Positions 48,993 through 62,066 of a stretch of DNA of 64,000 nt are shown piece after piece. Numbering within the stretch: position 1 is the stretch's first letter; each line of letters begins with the position of its first letter. This stretch comes from Azolla caroliniana (lineage: Eukaryota; Plantae; Polypodiophyta). The notes beneath the pieces were generated by a model, which was not told where the DNA came from, searched no databases, and was given only the letters and a program-made list of their open reading frames with translations. Both the position numbers and the translations under genes were made by a program. The stretch lies in assembly GCA_043228905.1 (NCBI GenBank), contig JBHGNT010000016.1:1922001-1986000 (forward strand). Direction: 5' to 3'.

Positions 48993-49589
48993 AATACAAG
49001 AAAAGGTAAAAGTCTATTAAATAACATTGAAGTCAAAATCCATTGGAGTCTTGAGCATTAGATATCAAAGTTTGGTAGAGTAGATTATAAAAAACATTTT
49101 CTCTATAAAGAAAAAGGTGGAAACCACATGTAAAATTTGTGATGATCATTGATAGAAGTAGACAAAGGGAGTTTAATGGCAACTTTCAAGGAAAGATAGC
49201 CATGGGCATGGTTAGCGGGGAAACTAAGAATGGAACTAGAAGTACTATCAAATGCATCTACATGAGGTTGTTCATGAAGTGATTAAAAACTTTGGTGTCA
49301 ATTGTGATGTCGCATGAATAGAAGGATCTCCATAACTAATCGTTACCATTGACAACATGGTAGTGTCTACATGACACTAGCTAGAAAAGTTAAAGAAACT
49401 TAGGAGCATGCAACTAATTATGGTTGGTTTAATGACTTGTGAGCAAAGGAACAATTGGATTTTCTAAAAACAACATGATGCTACACAAAGCTTTGTCGAG
49501 CCTGATTGTTTAGCATTAACCAACAATTTTACATTGGATTTCAAAAAGTTCAACCCTTACTCGATGAAACAATTCTAACATAAAGCCCT

Positions 49590-50030
49590 AACGTTTTTTT
49601 TTTACAAAAAAAAGATACTACATTAGTATTAAGAAAATGCCCTAAGGCTATACATACAAGATATATCTTTCAGTAATGAGCCTCTTTTTTCTAAAGTCTA
49701 ACCACCGGCTTAAATAAATAATTCAGTGTAGAGTAGAACCACTTCACCTTATCAGAAATCCATTTATAAAATATGCTTCTATCGCAAATGGCATGAAACT
49801 CCAATCGCTTAAGCTCCACTTGTTGTGTATTGTTGTTTATATTATCCAAAGAACCTTTGAGATCATACACAATGTCTATCCAAATCCCATAAACTATTTG
49901 AAGCCCTAACATTTCTCAATGTGCCTTACAACTTTTCCAAACCCACTGAACAACATTGAGGCATATGAACATGAGGAACATGTCCATATGGCCACTTAGT
50001 CCGAACCTTCATCGATGAAGTAGCTAGCAC
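49590..50030 (-). mobile_element. Decayed L1-like LINE 3' fragment
   Basis: QWVWKSC...IWIDIVYDLKGSLDNI...KWFYSTLNYLFKP is homologous to 48487-48992. T-runs on the plus strand near 49594-49603 may be the tail. Confidence 0.55.
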
Positions 50031-50532
50031 TAACAAACCACAACATAAGAATATGGTTGCAAAAGCGAGGACTTTCCCTTCATTCTCTCATTTCCAATCG
50101 AGCGTCAACAGGTAGAGGCAAGAAATAGCTAGTCCAAGAACGCGTCGCAGCGAATGTTGCCATTACGCCACATCAGCGCAAAGATCACGTTCTCTTGTTT
50201 TCGCGTGGTTTGGAAGTAGCTCGGAGAGGAGAAGGACGCGGGAGTGCAGACAAAAAATGCAGAATATATGGTGTGAAGCCGGCCGTTTATTTTTGTTTGA
50301 CGGATCTGAAGGGCAGGTGAGGCCAGGCGGGAAGAGTGAAGAAAGCCTCGTGGTAAGGGCATGTGGGCGGGGTGAGCCAAATGATGCAAAATGTCCGTCC
50401 ATTCATTCACGGGAGGATGGCCACGGGAGGGAATGCCTGGATGTGATGTCCGTTCACACGGCAATGTCCGCCCCGCGGGGCAAGGACCCAGTGTCTGCCC
50501 ATTGAATTCTGTGTGTCCATCATGTCTCATGT

Positions 50533-50533
<1 letters not shown>

Positions 50534-50614
<81 letters not shown>
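50534..50614. repeat. (CT)n microsatellite (about 40 units) in the promoter/leader of the downstream gene
   Basis: Visible directly; followed by a (CTT)n tract at about 50738-50770. Confidence 0.95.
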
Positions 50615-50618
<4 letters not shown>

Positions 50619-52838
50619 GTTTTTCTTCATTTAAGTTTTTTGAACTATATTTTGTTCTGTTTTGTTAGTGACTTGTGAGAACGACAACAGTTCAGTTAAG
50701 AAAAAAAGTTACCTGCTTCTTTCTTCTGCCTTTTGCATTCTTCTTCTTCTTCTTCTTCTTCTTCTTCTTCGTCTTCTGTGTGCGTCTTCGCGTCTTCCAT
50801 CTGAGCGTTCCAACCCGGTAATTGAAATAATTCCCCAAATCTCTGTCCACGCCCGCCCGTCCCCCCTCCGAAATTCTGCCTCTGGAACGGCTCTGATGAT
50901 CTTTTTTCTGTTTGCAGAATATTTGTATTTCTTGACGAGGTTAATTTTCTCAATCCTAGATCGCTGATCCGTAGAAACCATGATTTCTCTTCCGAGAATC
51001 TCGAAGTAGTAGCCTGTTTTTCCCCCCTCCCTTATTCGTCTCTCTTTATGATGGTAATTTCTGCAGGTTACATGCTGACGAATACAATGCTGAATACGGA
51101 GATGAGGATTCGTGCTGTCCATGTGTCTGATTCTCAAAACTTATTTCTTCGTTGAATCCATGTTATCTCTGCAGAGATGATAAATGCAAAGGACCTGGAT
51201 TTCTTGCAGTTGAATCGGATGCTACCTTTGGTAAATATGGCTTCTAAAGTTTCTTCTTGGGATCCATTTCTTTTCTTCTGTATGTTCACGTATTATAATG
51301 CATCATTTACAACGGATATGGATTTTCTGACATCTTCTTTACTGGAGAAGCCTTCATTGAGTGGTAATAAAAAAACATTACGAGTTTTGTCCCTTATCTT
51401 CTGCATTAGACATCTATAATTTATGAATGGTGAAACCAAGATGGAATTTAATTCATGCATTTCTGTCTGGAACATTTGTTTCGTCTCTTCTTGCTATGAT
51501 ACCATTCTTTCTTGCATGCTTTTCATGCGTTATCTCGGCACTTCAATGAAATACATATTGGCTGCCATACTTCATTCATTGAGGAAACTTTTTTCTCTTC
51601 TCTGCTTGCGAAAAATATAAGTCCATTCATGATATTATACCTTTCTTTCTTTACATGCTTTTAATCCATTATATTGGCACTTTCCTCCCTTAATTCTACC
51701 TTATTACGTTTCCTTTTGATGATTTGCTCTAATTTCTAACCAAAATCCATTTTTTTCCACTCGTATTTAAATTCTTTCTTCAGTGTTTATCCATTGTTTG
51801 ATTTCGTGAGCCTGCACTGCGTGCAAGGAAGTCCATTGATTCCTGTAGAGACAGACATAATGATGCTTGGAGATGCTGATCAAATTAAATGAAGATCAAC
51901 TTTGACCAATTTTGGCTGATATGATATGCTTTTGATTATCTTTAAAACTAGAGATTTAATGGCCCGATCACAACATGTTCGGTGTCTCAGGCTAAATGAG
52001 CTGGAAATATTGAATTCATTTTATAAGAAATACACTGTGTCTAATTACATCGAAGCGAACCTCTGGAGAAGGATTATTGACACTAATTAGGTGAATTGCT
52101 GAGGAAGTATTGTCATCCTGCAAAACTGAGTCACATGCAAGATATGGACCATCTGGTCTCTTACATCATGTGCCACCTTTAATAAAAATGTCACAGAATA
52201 TGGAAACATTAATAGGCTGCTTATTTTTAGGAAAAGTTTTGGTATCTTATGCTAGACCTATAAACTTACAGAAGGATGACAACGATACAAGTAGAATGCT
52301 GATTAGCTAAATTACAATATAGCAATAAACTCTGAAATATCCCTGGGATTTTCTTTGTTTCTCCAAATGCCCCGAAGTTTTTGTTATTTTCCTGAATGGC
52401 CCTGGTCAACCGCCCCTGAACCAATTATATGGTCAAGTCATCCTCTCTTCCGCTTGATAAGTACGTAATATACATTTTAGCAAAACTTGCAACTGTAAGT
52501 GTTGTATAAACAGAATTTTGCAAAAACTTTTACTTATACATGAGAAATTTGTTCAAATATGTGCTTATATTAAAATCTAACTTCGATTATTATATGTTTC
52601 AGTGAAGCTTATAAGAAAGACGGTTATACAATGGCAGAAAAAGGATCTGGGTTCAACAATTGTAGACAATATAATGAAGTGATTGTGAAAAAGGATCTGG
52701 GTTCAGCAATTGCCAATCTTGCCTACTGAGAATTGTGTTGGAAGTATTGGAGATGAAATCAACTTGACTTGGAATGAGTACACACGAGTAGAAGAACCTC
52801 TCATATCTAAGTGTCAGGGTCTTCCAACTGTAATACAC

Positions 52839-54429
52839 ATGGATTATACTGATCCTTCGGAGGCAGTTCTTTCATGGTCATTTGTAACAGATGAGAAAGG
52901 AACTTCAAATTCTGGATTTCTTGTAACTGAGGGGTTGAAGGGAAGTGATGACGAGAATTACGATGATCATAGCAAAGAGGATGGGCAAGAGGGTGTCATA
53001 ATGACTAAAGAAGATTCATCTACAACTGGCTCTTTACTTTGCCGATCATATGATGAGGGATATTCTGTTGTTGAGTTAAATATGTCATCAAGAGAATGTG
53101 GAACAGGAATTATCTCTGATGAATTGAGGGCCACATATTCATCACATAAAGATACTGTCTTATCAAAGGCAAATAATAATCATAAGGAGGTGATATCTTT
53201 GGTTTCTCAGAAAGGTCATCCATATGTTCAAAATTGTGATTTACCACCATCTCAAAACACATTTTCTTGGAAAGAACCTTTGTCAAGATGTGATGGCTCG
53301 TCTCTTAAGATGGAAAAACCAAGTTCCTCTTTATCTGCAGATAAACTTCTAATGGAAGCACTGATTCACCTTAATGAACCGTCTTCATTGGAAAAGACTT
53401 CTTTGGCGACATGGTCAACACTTTTGGGTACTTCAGATCCAACACCATTTTATGATCATTCATTGAGTAATACTTCTCGACCTCTTGCCATCCCATCGGC
53501 TTTTCCTCAATCGTCAAATGCAAACAGGCAAGATAAGCTTCACACAGTAGCTTCATAATTTATTGGGATTGAAAGACACCCCATCTTCATTCTATTTGCA
53601 ACACAACACAAAAAAGTACCCTTAAAAAGTTTGTGTATTTACATGAATACCGGAAGGGTTTAAAAATTACCATTACCTCTCCCCCCTTATCGTAGTAAAT
53701 ACTTTAGTAGAGTTCCTATCTTTTGGCAGCGTTTGAAAACTCTCAGATATTCTGGTAACTACTCAATAAGTTCAGTTTTTCTGGTTTTCCTAAAGTCTAT
53801 TCATATTATGTGTTTGGATGGTTTTTCTTCTTATGTCATTTACTGAATTCGCATCTTTTTTCCCTTAGAAATTAGCTCTATTAGTATAATAAATAAAGAT
53901 TAGCCTGTTCTTTTCTTAATTCAGATGTAATGGCATAAGGAATAATGACTGGAAAGCAGTGAGTGCAGAACATGGTGCTACATCTAAGAGAGTATATAAG
54001 ACCCTTGGTGAGGCTCTTTGTCATTCACAAACACGAGCAAGGCAAGCAGAAAAGGTTGCATCACAAGCCTTATATGATAAAGAGAAGATCATAAACATTT
54101 TATTCAGAGAAGCATGGGTATCTCATACCTACAAGCAATGGGTGAAAACTTTGGAGTTTGAGAACATGTGGCTGAAGGTGTGTTCCCAGAGTGGTTCAAG
54201 TACATGGATGAAGAAGAAATTTCGACATCCTTATGATGATGAAAAAAGTAATCACCCAAATAATCACAGGAATGAAGAATCCCGAAAGAAGAATCAATGC
54301 AGGAGGACATCCGATAAGAATAGCTTTTTGGGTTATACGATTGGGATTGCCTTTGCTCTTGGTTTAAGCTTCGCTAGCACTGGCCTTCTGATTGGTTGGA
54401 GTATGGGTTGGATCTTGCTTGCTTACTGA
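52839..54429 (+). CDS. Plant-specific uncharacterised protein with a C-terminal transmembrane segment (At1g01240/At2g46550-like), about 397 aa
   Basis: Exons 52839-53527 and 53925-54429 (GC-AG intron, phase 2). Conserved family blocks SLVSQK...QNCDLPPSQ, EALCHSQTRARQAEK...EKII.ILFREA....YKQW..LE.EN and FALGLSFASTGLLIGWSMGW. The start codon is uncertain (frame open from 52689). Confidence 0.78.
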
Positions 54430-56121
54430 GAAAATATGTGCTCAGCTTTTGCATCTCTAATGGAGGTTCCACATATGTTCCTATTTCTATTGTACATATG
54501 TTCAGTCATGAATACTACAGCTGGAGTTACTTTGTGAGGATAAGAGAGGAGTATTATATCAAATGTCCACCATCCTGCAAAGAACATGAATTTTGCCCGT
54601 ACTGTGAGAGAGATTGCAAGTGTTTTTTGTTAATTTAATATACTGTACATTTATCAGTCACGTGTTATTGAAAGGACATTCAGTCTGAGATTTCTACATA
54701 GAATACTCTGATTAAAGATGTTAACGATGGTCTGTTGGCTTCTCTCTGTAAAGATAGACATGATTTAAAATCTGTTAATATGCTGGAATATGTGTCAGTT
54801 CCAGAGGCTCTTTTTAATTTTACCTTATTTTTCTTTTTTTCAATTATCTTGAAAAATACATATCATATATTGTGCAGTAGAAGGTTTTCCAGAGTTCTTA
54901 CTATATATAATATCCTATGTTGGATGCGTTTGTGAATATATTGACAGAAAAAGTTTCTGGAAAATTCATACAAGTTTTTTGACATGTATTTCTTAGATAT
55001 TAATGTGCTACCCTTTACCATGTCTGTCGTTGTACGAAATATTGTTCAATATGTCATGCTCCTCCATGAATATTCTGTATAGCTCTAGCAGCACTAGTTG
55101 CCAAGGACTGGCAAAATTACAAAAAGGATCTGAACCAGGAGACACCCAAATTGGAGTTGGACATTGGGTAGATTTGATAGATCAGGTGGTGGAAGAAGCC
55201 TGTGTTTCATTGAATCGAAAACAAAAGAGAAGGAATTGAGCTTCAGTATTGGATGGTTTATGGGAATGTGTGTCAGTTTTCTTTAATAAATTGGAAATAA
55301 AAGAGAAGGAATTGAGCTTCAGTGTTTGATGGCTTATGTGAAGATGTGGGTTGCAAATGCTGGCTCAATATGGTGCTATCAATGAGGCAATACTACTCCT
55401 GGAAACACACATGTTAACGGAAAATACCATGTGTGTGCAAACAAATGTCCCTCTGCATCTCCTAGCATATAGACATGCAATCATTGTCCCAAAATTTCTA
55501 ATTTGTGATCTCATTAATCAAAATGCTTGATTCAAGTTTTAACTATTTTCAAAGAATTTCCAGGAAATAAATATAAGATAAAGATCATGATCTAAATCTT
55601 CCATGCTGAGAATATCTGGTGTATTGTGCTGATAAGCTAATGTAATGTATGTATCTTTCATCCAAGTCCTTCAATATCATTTGAGGCTTCATGTTAAGGT
55701 GACATTAACACTATCAACTGGTTCTCAAATTGCATCTGGACAGTGTATTATACAGGCACCTCAATCAGTCACCTTCATGTCAGGGTAAGGAGTTTACATG
55801 TTCCCAAAGTGTATCGTTGGACATTGTATTATATAGGCATCTCAATCGTTCACCTTAATGTTTTTTAAGAAAACAGGGCTGTATGTTGATGAATTTTCAT
55901 TGTTTTCCTTAAAAAACAATGCAAATCTAGCTTTCGGTGCAACAACTCTCATTCTGAGATTGATGCCATCGACCTTACCCATCATAGCCATGACAAAATG
56001 AAATATTGTTTTGTCAATAGTTAGCTAGTCACGTGGATGTGGTGCTGACCAAGCATTGGATGCCCAACATATAAATGCAATATTGTGGCAGATAACAAAT
56101 CTGTACACAGGTACATGTACC

Positions 56122-59100
56122 TTACCCACCACATGAACATAAACCATCCTTAAAGCGATGTATGCATCTTGTGTCACTTATAATTATCTCACGCATTTCA
56201 ATCTTTGAAATTCTCTTGCTTGCATAATGACAGTCACTACAAACTCGAAGGTTCTTTGTCAGTCGAATAGTTGCGCCAGGAGGCGTGGTTATTAGTCCAA
56301 AAGCTATGGCCAATTTCTCACAATGAACACCTTCTTCCGACTCATCTACCAAGAAGCCACAACTTGATGATGCCACGTCTGTCTCTTCCACTCTCTGTCT
56401 TATACTCTTCAGCTTTGTATAAATAGCATCACTTTGACAATGTGTTCGGTCCCCCACATTGAATGTGTGTACATCCTTACCGATTTCAATAGAAGCTTTT
56501 CCTGGTTTTTTCCATGCATTTGCATACATACGCAATTCTTCAACATTGATAACATCAGAAGAGCCACTATGCATACAGACATTAGACATCATGTCATAGC
56601 CAGCGGCATCTCTATTATCAAGACAGATGACTTTATCAAAACACCGCTGAGCCAATTTTGTGTTTCCTGTATGGCACTGAGCAAGCAACGACCTCCAACC
56701 AACTATATTGGACTCGTATGGAATTGTCTCAAGCAAATCTTCTGCTACATCCGAATACCCTGCAATGCCAAAAAGCTCTACCATGCAATTGTAGTGATCA
56801 AGAAATGGTACAATACCACATCTTTCCACCATTTCTCTGAAGTGATAACAACCTTCATCTAGTAAACCTGCTTTACCACAAGCAGAGAGCAGGCATATAA
56901 ATGTGATGCCAGTTGGGCTAATCCCCGAGGATCTCATTTTGGAAAAAACTTCTAAGGCTTCTGAAAATAACCCTGAGTGTGAGTAGCTTTCCATCATCTC
57001 TGTCCATGAAACTACAGTTTGGTTTGGCAATTTATCAAAAATGATGCGGGCATCCTCGATGTTTCCACATCCACCATACATGTTTATGAGGGCATTTCCA
57101 ACAAATATATTTATGTCAAAACCACTTTCAATAGCATGGCCATGAATGAGCCGCCCATGATTGAGTCGTCCAGTGCTCGCACAAATTTTCAGAATATTCA
57201 CAAATGTGACTTGGTTGGGCTGTATATCTTCTTGCTGCATTTGCTCAAAAAGATTAAGAGCCTTCTCAGAATGCTCATATTGTGCACATCCTCCAATCAT
57301 CATTGACCATGTCACAACATCTGGTCGAGAAATTACGTGGAATACCCTCCATGCACTATCAAATCTCCCACATTCAAGATACATACCAATTAAAGCACCA
57401 CCGACGTTCACATCACATGGTAATCCAGATTCCACTATAAGGGTGTGGATCTTCTTGCCTTGCCATAGGTCTGCTATGCTTGAACAAGCCTTTAGAACAC
57501 TAACAAACATGGCTTGATTTGGTTCTTTTCCTTCTTTAAATCCATAGAAGAGTCGTAAAGCCTCTTCTCCATTACCATGGAGTGTGTAACCTTCCACAAG
57601 CAAGGTCCATGTCACAATATTCCAGTCTAATGACTGATCAAAAATCCACCGTGCCTCAGTTAAACTGCCACACTTAGCATACATGTCAATGAGAGAATTT
57701 CGGAGGTATGAATCAAAATTTATTCCCGTGATTAGAATATATGTGTGAGCCAGCATACCCCATTCAAGCAATTCCACCATTTCTGAGCATGCTTTCAAAG
57801 TGATGGCTAAGGTGAAGTTATCTGGCTCTACACCATTCAAAAGCATACACTCAAATAGCATAATTGCCTGATAGTCTTGTCCATGATACACATGTCCAGA
57901 TATCAATGCAGTCCATGCCACTCTGCTCATTAACTGTAACCTTGAAAACATTACGCACAAATCCTCGAGACTTCCACATTTACTATACATATCAATAATA
58001 GAACATCCCACAAACTCATCTGATTCATAACCATGTTCAACTATAAGCCCGTGGATATTTTGCCCAGTATCTAAAGCATAAGGTTCTTGACAAGACTTCA
58101 TTATACTACAATACGTCACATGGTTAGGCTCAAAACCATCTTTTTGCATTCGATGGAAGAGGCATAGAGCCTTCTCAACATGGCCATATTCGGCATAACC
58201 TGAGATTAAGGATGTCCATGTGACTAGATCTCTCATGCTTATATTATCGAAAACGAGAGAAGCATCTTCAAGGCTTCCACATTTTGCATACATTCTAATA
58301 AGGGCAGTGCCAACAAACTTATCAGATTCGAGCCCACTTTCATGAACATGGTTGTGAACTTCTTTACCCTCTGGCAAAGCTAATATTGATGTGCATGCTC
58401 TAATGACGACCACAAACACTGGGCCATCAAACTTTACACCAAGAGATCTCATCTGGTGATAATGCTCAATTACATTCTCATTATTTTTGAAATAAAGATT
58501 TGCAGAAATAATGGCGTTCCATGTGGATAGACCTGGAGACAGAACATTACTGAAAACATTGTATGCCTGCTTTAGACTTCCACACACAGAAAACATGTGG
58601 ATAAGATGGTTGCTAAGGAATTCATCAGAGTCGAGCCCAAAAAGCTTTACTAGTGTATATATTTGTTGGCTTGCTAATGCATCCTCTCTCACACTACATC
58701 CTTGTATAAGTTGGAAGAGAATATTGATGACATTAACATTTTCTATTTCTTGCACATTATTTCCCAAATGCTTCATTGGTAGGATCTTTTCCTTTATCCA
58801 CTCTTCACTACATGTTTTATAACACACTTCAAGAAAATCACGATATCTCCTCTTCTCAATCTTCCTGTGAGAAATAAACAAGTATAAATGCAAAAAAACA
58901 TAGAAAATACGAGTTTATACATGCAACTGTCAATTATATGAGTATTTGTGATTATTTCTGCAGATCTGGTAATTCTTTTTTCATTAAAAATATAATGATA
59001 TAATAATAATTCTTTTAAAAATCGATGATTATTGTACTGATCTAAATTTAATGACATTTTAATCATTATGCTCACAACTCGTGGATGCCTTTCGTTATGA

Positions 59101-59495
59101 ATGCTCACAAGTTTCTAAACGTTGAGAATTGTTTTCTTCACAATCTCACAGTAGAACTCTGTTCCATTCCGTAATCATCCAGTAAATTTTCTTCGTAACC
59201 CCCCCATAAAAGGATCATGTATATATAGATGTGAATTTTAAAAACCATTTCTCATAAATTTTAAGCTGAAGTTCATAATAACATAAACTATTTTCACTAG
59301 TTTTTGGATAAACAAATAAAGATCGAAAGAAATATACTGATGGTGGAAAGATTCCAGAGTATTTGTAATTAGCCCACTTCCCCGGTTCATGTCATCAGGC
59401 TGGAAACACAGAGTGGTAGAGGAAGGTCTGAAGGAAGAATGGTCGAGATGATGAACGAGCGAGGAACCCATGAGATTGTTCACAGAGAGATCCAT
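56122..59495 (-). CDS. PLS-class PPR protein with E and variant DYW (KP/GRP-like) deaminase domain; organellar RNA-editing factor candidate
   Basis: Long exon 58864-56122 of P-L-S repeats (ALIRMYAKCGSLEDA, DLVTWTSLISGYAE). DYW-like C-terminus KKPGKASIEI...HCEKLAIAFGL...KNLRVCSDCH...HRFKDGLCSCGG*. Likely first exon 59495-59338 (Ser-rich, transit-peptide-like, phase compatible); this exon is less certain. Confidence 0.88.
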
Positions 59496-59503
59496 AGCAG
59501 AAC

Positions 59504-59505
<2 letters not shown>

Positions 59506-59551
<46 letters not shown>
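59506..59551. repeat. (GA)n/(TC)n microsatellite in the PPR-DYW 5' UTR
   Basis: Visible directly, about 10 nt upstream of the predicted ATG. Confidence 0.95.
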
Positions 59552-59553
<2 letters not shown>

Positions 59554-59602
59554 GGTCTGTGTGTGTCCAAAGAGATAGAGGTGCCCATTTTATTAAGGGG
59601 CA

Positions 59603-60370
59603 AGAGATAGATACATAGATTTTATTATGGGTTTTGGGACTCGGGAGGTCAATTATCAGACCGAAAAATTTATGAGATTTTTCGCATAATAGATCTGAAA
59701 GTGAGTGTCAATGTTCAAAAACATTTAGGGATAGATCTCGCCATTGAGACTACATGCATACTCTCACTATGAGTGAAACTCATGGAAGGATGTGTGGAAA
59801 GATTAGTCGGAATATGATCAAATGCAAAGCAGAGCATTGTGTCAAAGTGTGATACTCAAACCACTGAACTTGTTTAGGGCGAAAATGTGCATTGTCCACT
59901 ACTCTCATCATATATGCCCCAAACTCTCTCCTCGCATTGGAGTGAGTGTGAACAAAATTGTATAGACGCAACGGTTTGGATGGTAGAGTACAAGATGGGC
60001 TCCAACATATATTGATGATGAGTGTGGTTTCCCCATTTTGGCGAAGCATATGGTTTTTTCGTCATGTGCAACATATGTAATGTAATGTGAATATCTTTCT
60101 ATGTCATGATACACTAGCATTACAAAAAGGCCTCATTCATAGAGGAATGTATTGATACAACATGATCCCATATTCCAAACATTTTTCAACACCGTAGAAA
60201 ATCTTGCGTTTATATGTTTTTTGGTTCTTTTTGCTTGTGTCTCACATGATTCTAGGAAATCAATGTCTTTTTGAACCTCATGCATATACTCGGCAATCCT
60301 TTCCATTGCCATGATCTTGATGGCAAATGACCTTGTCTCAAGAAATGGACTGCCATTTTCCTGGGTAATG
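59603..60370 (-). mobile_element. Old degenerate 3' fragment of the same RTE-X-like LINE family as 33099-36836
   Basis: ETRSFAIKIMAMERIAEYMHEVQK vs ETGSLPIEIMAMERVVEYMLKVQK; YMLEPI; PKQV..FEYHTLTQCSA. Ends in ATAATAAAATCTATGTATCTATCT, like the (ATCT)n tail. Confidence 0.8.
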
Positions 60371-62066
60371 GTCTCATCATTCACTACTACTTGACCCGCA
60401 TTCAGCAAACATGTGTCGACCTGATCATTGCAAGGAATCAAGGCCATCTTGAGCCATAGGGTGGCTCATCGCTACTCATCTACATAAAATCTGCCATTGC
60501 CACAGGTCATCGGTTGGTGGACACAAATCAAATGTCCATCATCAATTAATTCTAGTTACTCATTTGTTGGCTTCTTCGCAAAGAGTTTTGGAATGTTTGA
60601 TGACAATCCCAATAGGAGAGGGAGAACGCTAGCTCCTTGCAAATGGCAGCATTGTAAACATCAAGAGCATTGGGATGGGAGGTGGGTGTGCATTCATTCA
60701 TTACAAGGACACAACTTTAGTTTATTAAAATACAAGATGCTACATTGTCTACTCAAAGAAGAAGAATGGCATTCCATACATCTAAGGTCAAATTTTGGTA
60801 GCCGTGGAGGTTATGGGCATATTTTGGGCCTAAGATACATAGGTTGGTAGTTTTGCAATGCCTGATTGGATGTTTGCTTGGATATACACCTAAGATTGAT
60901 TGGACATTTGTAGGCGATTTGTATGCACAATATATAGATATGTCTATAAGCCACTATATTACAATTCAGATCGTTTGAGCTTGCAAACTTAAACCCCAAG
61001 CATGCAGACACAAACAAACAAGTCAAACAGAAAATGTACGGGCCACATGTCCTTGCTTCCATTACAAATGTAATAAACCCTTGTAAAAAGAAGTGTGCCC
61101 CATAACTTCTAAATTATAGCCCAATATAACGCTCATTTAGTTCACTATAGTTAAAGAGGGTTTAACATGTGCATTCACGACATCTTTCACAAACCACTTA
61201 AATCTAATGTTTGGAATTAATTATTTTTCGGGATACTTTTGTAAAGATATCATCAGCAAAAATCTCCTGTAACAATGCTATATTTTTAAATAACAAAGGC
61301 ACAGGCCAAAAAGTGTTGAATTGTCTTCTTTAAAAAGCTCAATCAAAGTCAACACTACAGAGTTCATGCCTTGAATTCTTATGATGGGACCAAACTTCTG
61401 GATTGGATTGGATTGGATTGGATGTTAACCAGTGGAGGCACTAGACATTACAATTGGATAAACGGTTTTTGTACTGTTTTCCGCTTATTCTGCTATCACG
61501 CCCATTCTTGGCAAATAGAAGCCAGATTAATAATGACTGCTTCTTTGCAAGAGTATCCTTGAAATACGTTGTATGATAATGAATGCTACTTACACTTTAA
61601 GTATGGCATACAGGTAGATCATACATACTTGTATTCACTAATCATATCCTAACTTTGTTTTATTTATGTGCCACAAATAGCAGTCTCTCATCTCTTCATC
61701 TTTACCTTTTCAAGCCCTCAGCTACCTTGGGCTGAAGATATCATTCAAAATGGATGGCACTTTCTACAGCACATATGATCTATTTGAGTTCTCGAGATAA
61801 GAACCATAAGACTGTTGCTGTGATTGTATTGTCAATGATGTTGAGGTTCCTTCTATTTGGAGTGAAATCAAGTCGGATGCATCACCAGCCACCATCTATG
61901 AACACATCGATTGAAGATCTATCAACTATATGAATCTTGTATGAGCTTTTCCTCAAATATCACATCATGATATACAATGATTCCATTGCATGAGAGATGT
62001 ACACTTAAAAGTCCATTGTAGATCTCCTTTAAACATCACCTTCATGACGAGGAATATTTATAAAAT

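Noticed and set aside
50129-51137. Overlapping ORFs in a GC-rich and microsatellite region
   Set aside because: Promoter/5'-UTR sequence; the poly-LS, poly-R and poly-E stretches come from (CT)n and (CTT)n.
55220-55862. Two pairs of approximately 40-bp direct repeats between convergent genes
   Set aside because: Ordinary small local duplications in 3' regions, with no sign of function.
58865-58893. ORF-track start of the PPR-DYW at 58893
   Set aside because: It is a TTG inside a pyrimidine-rich intron end. The CAG acceptor at 58867-58865 is the more plausible boundary.
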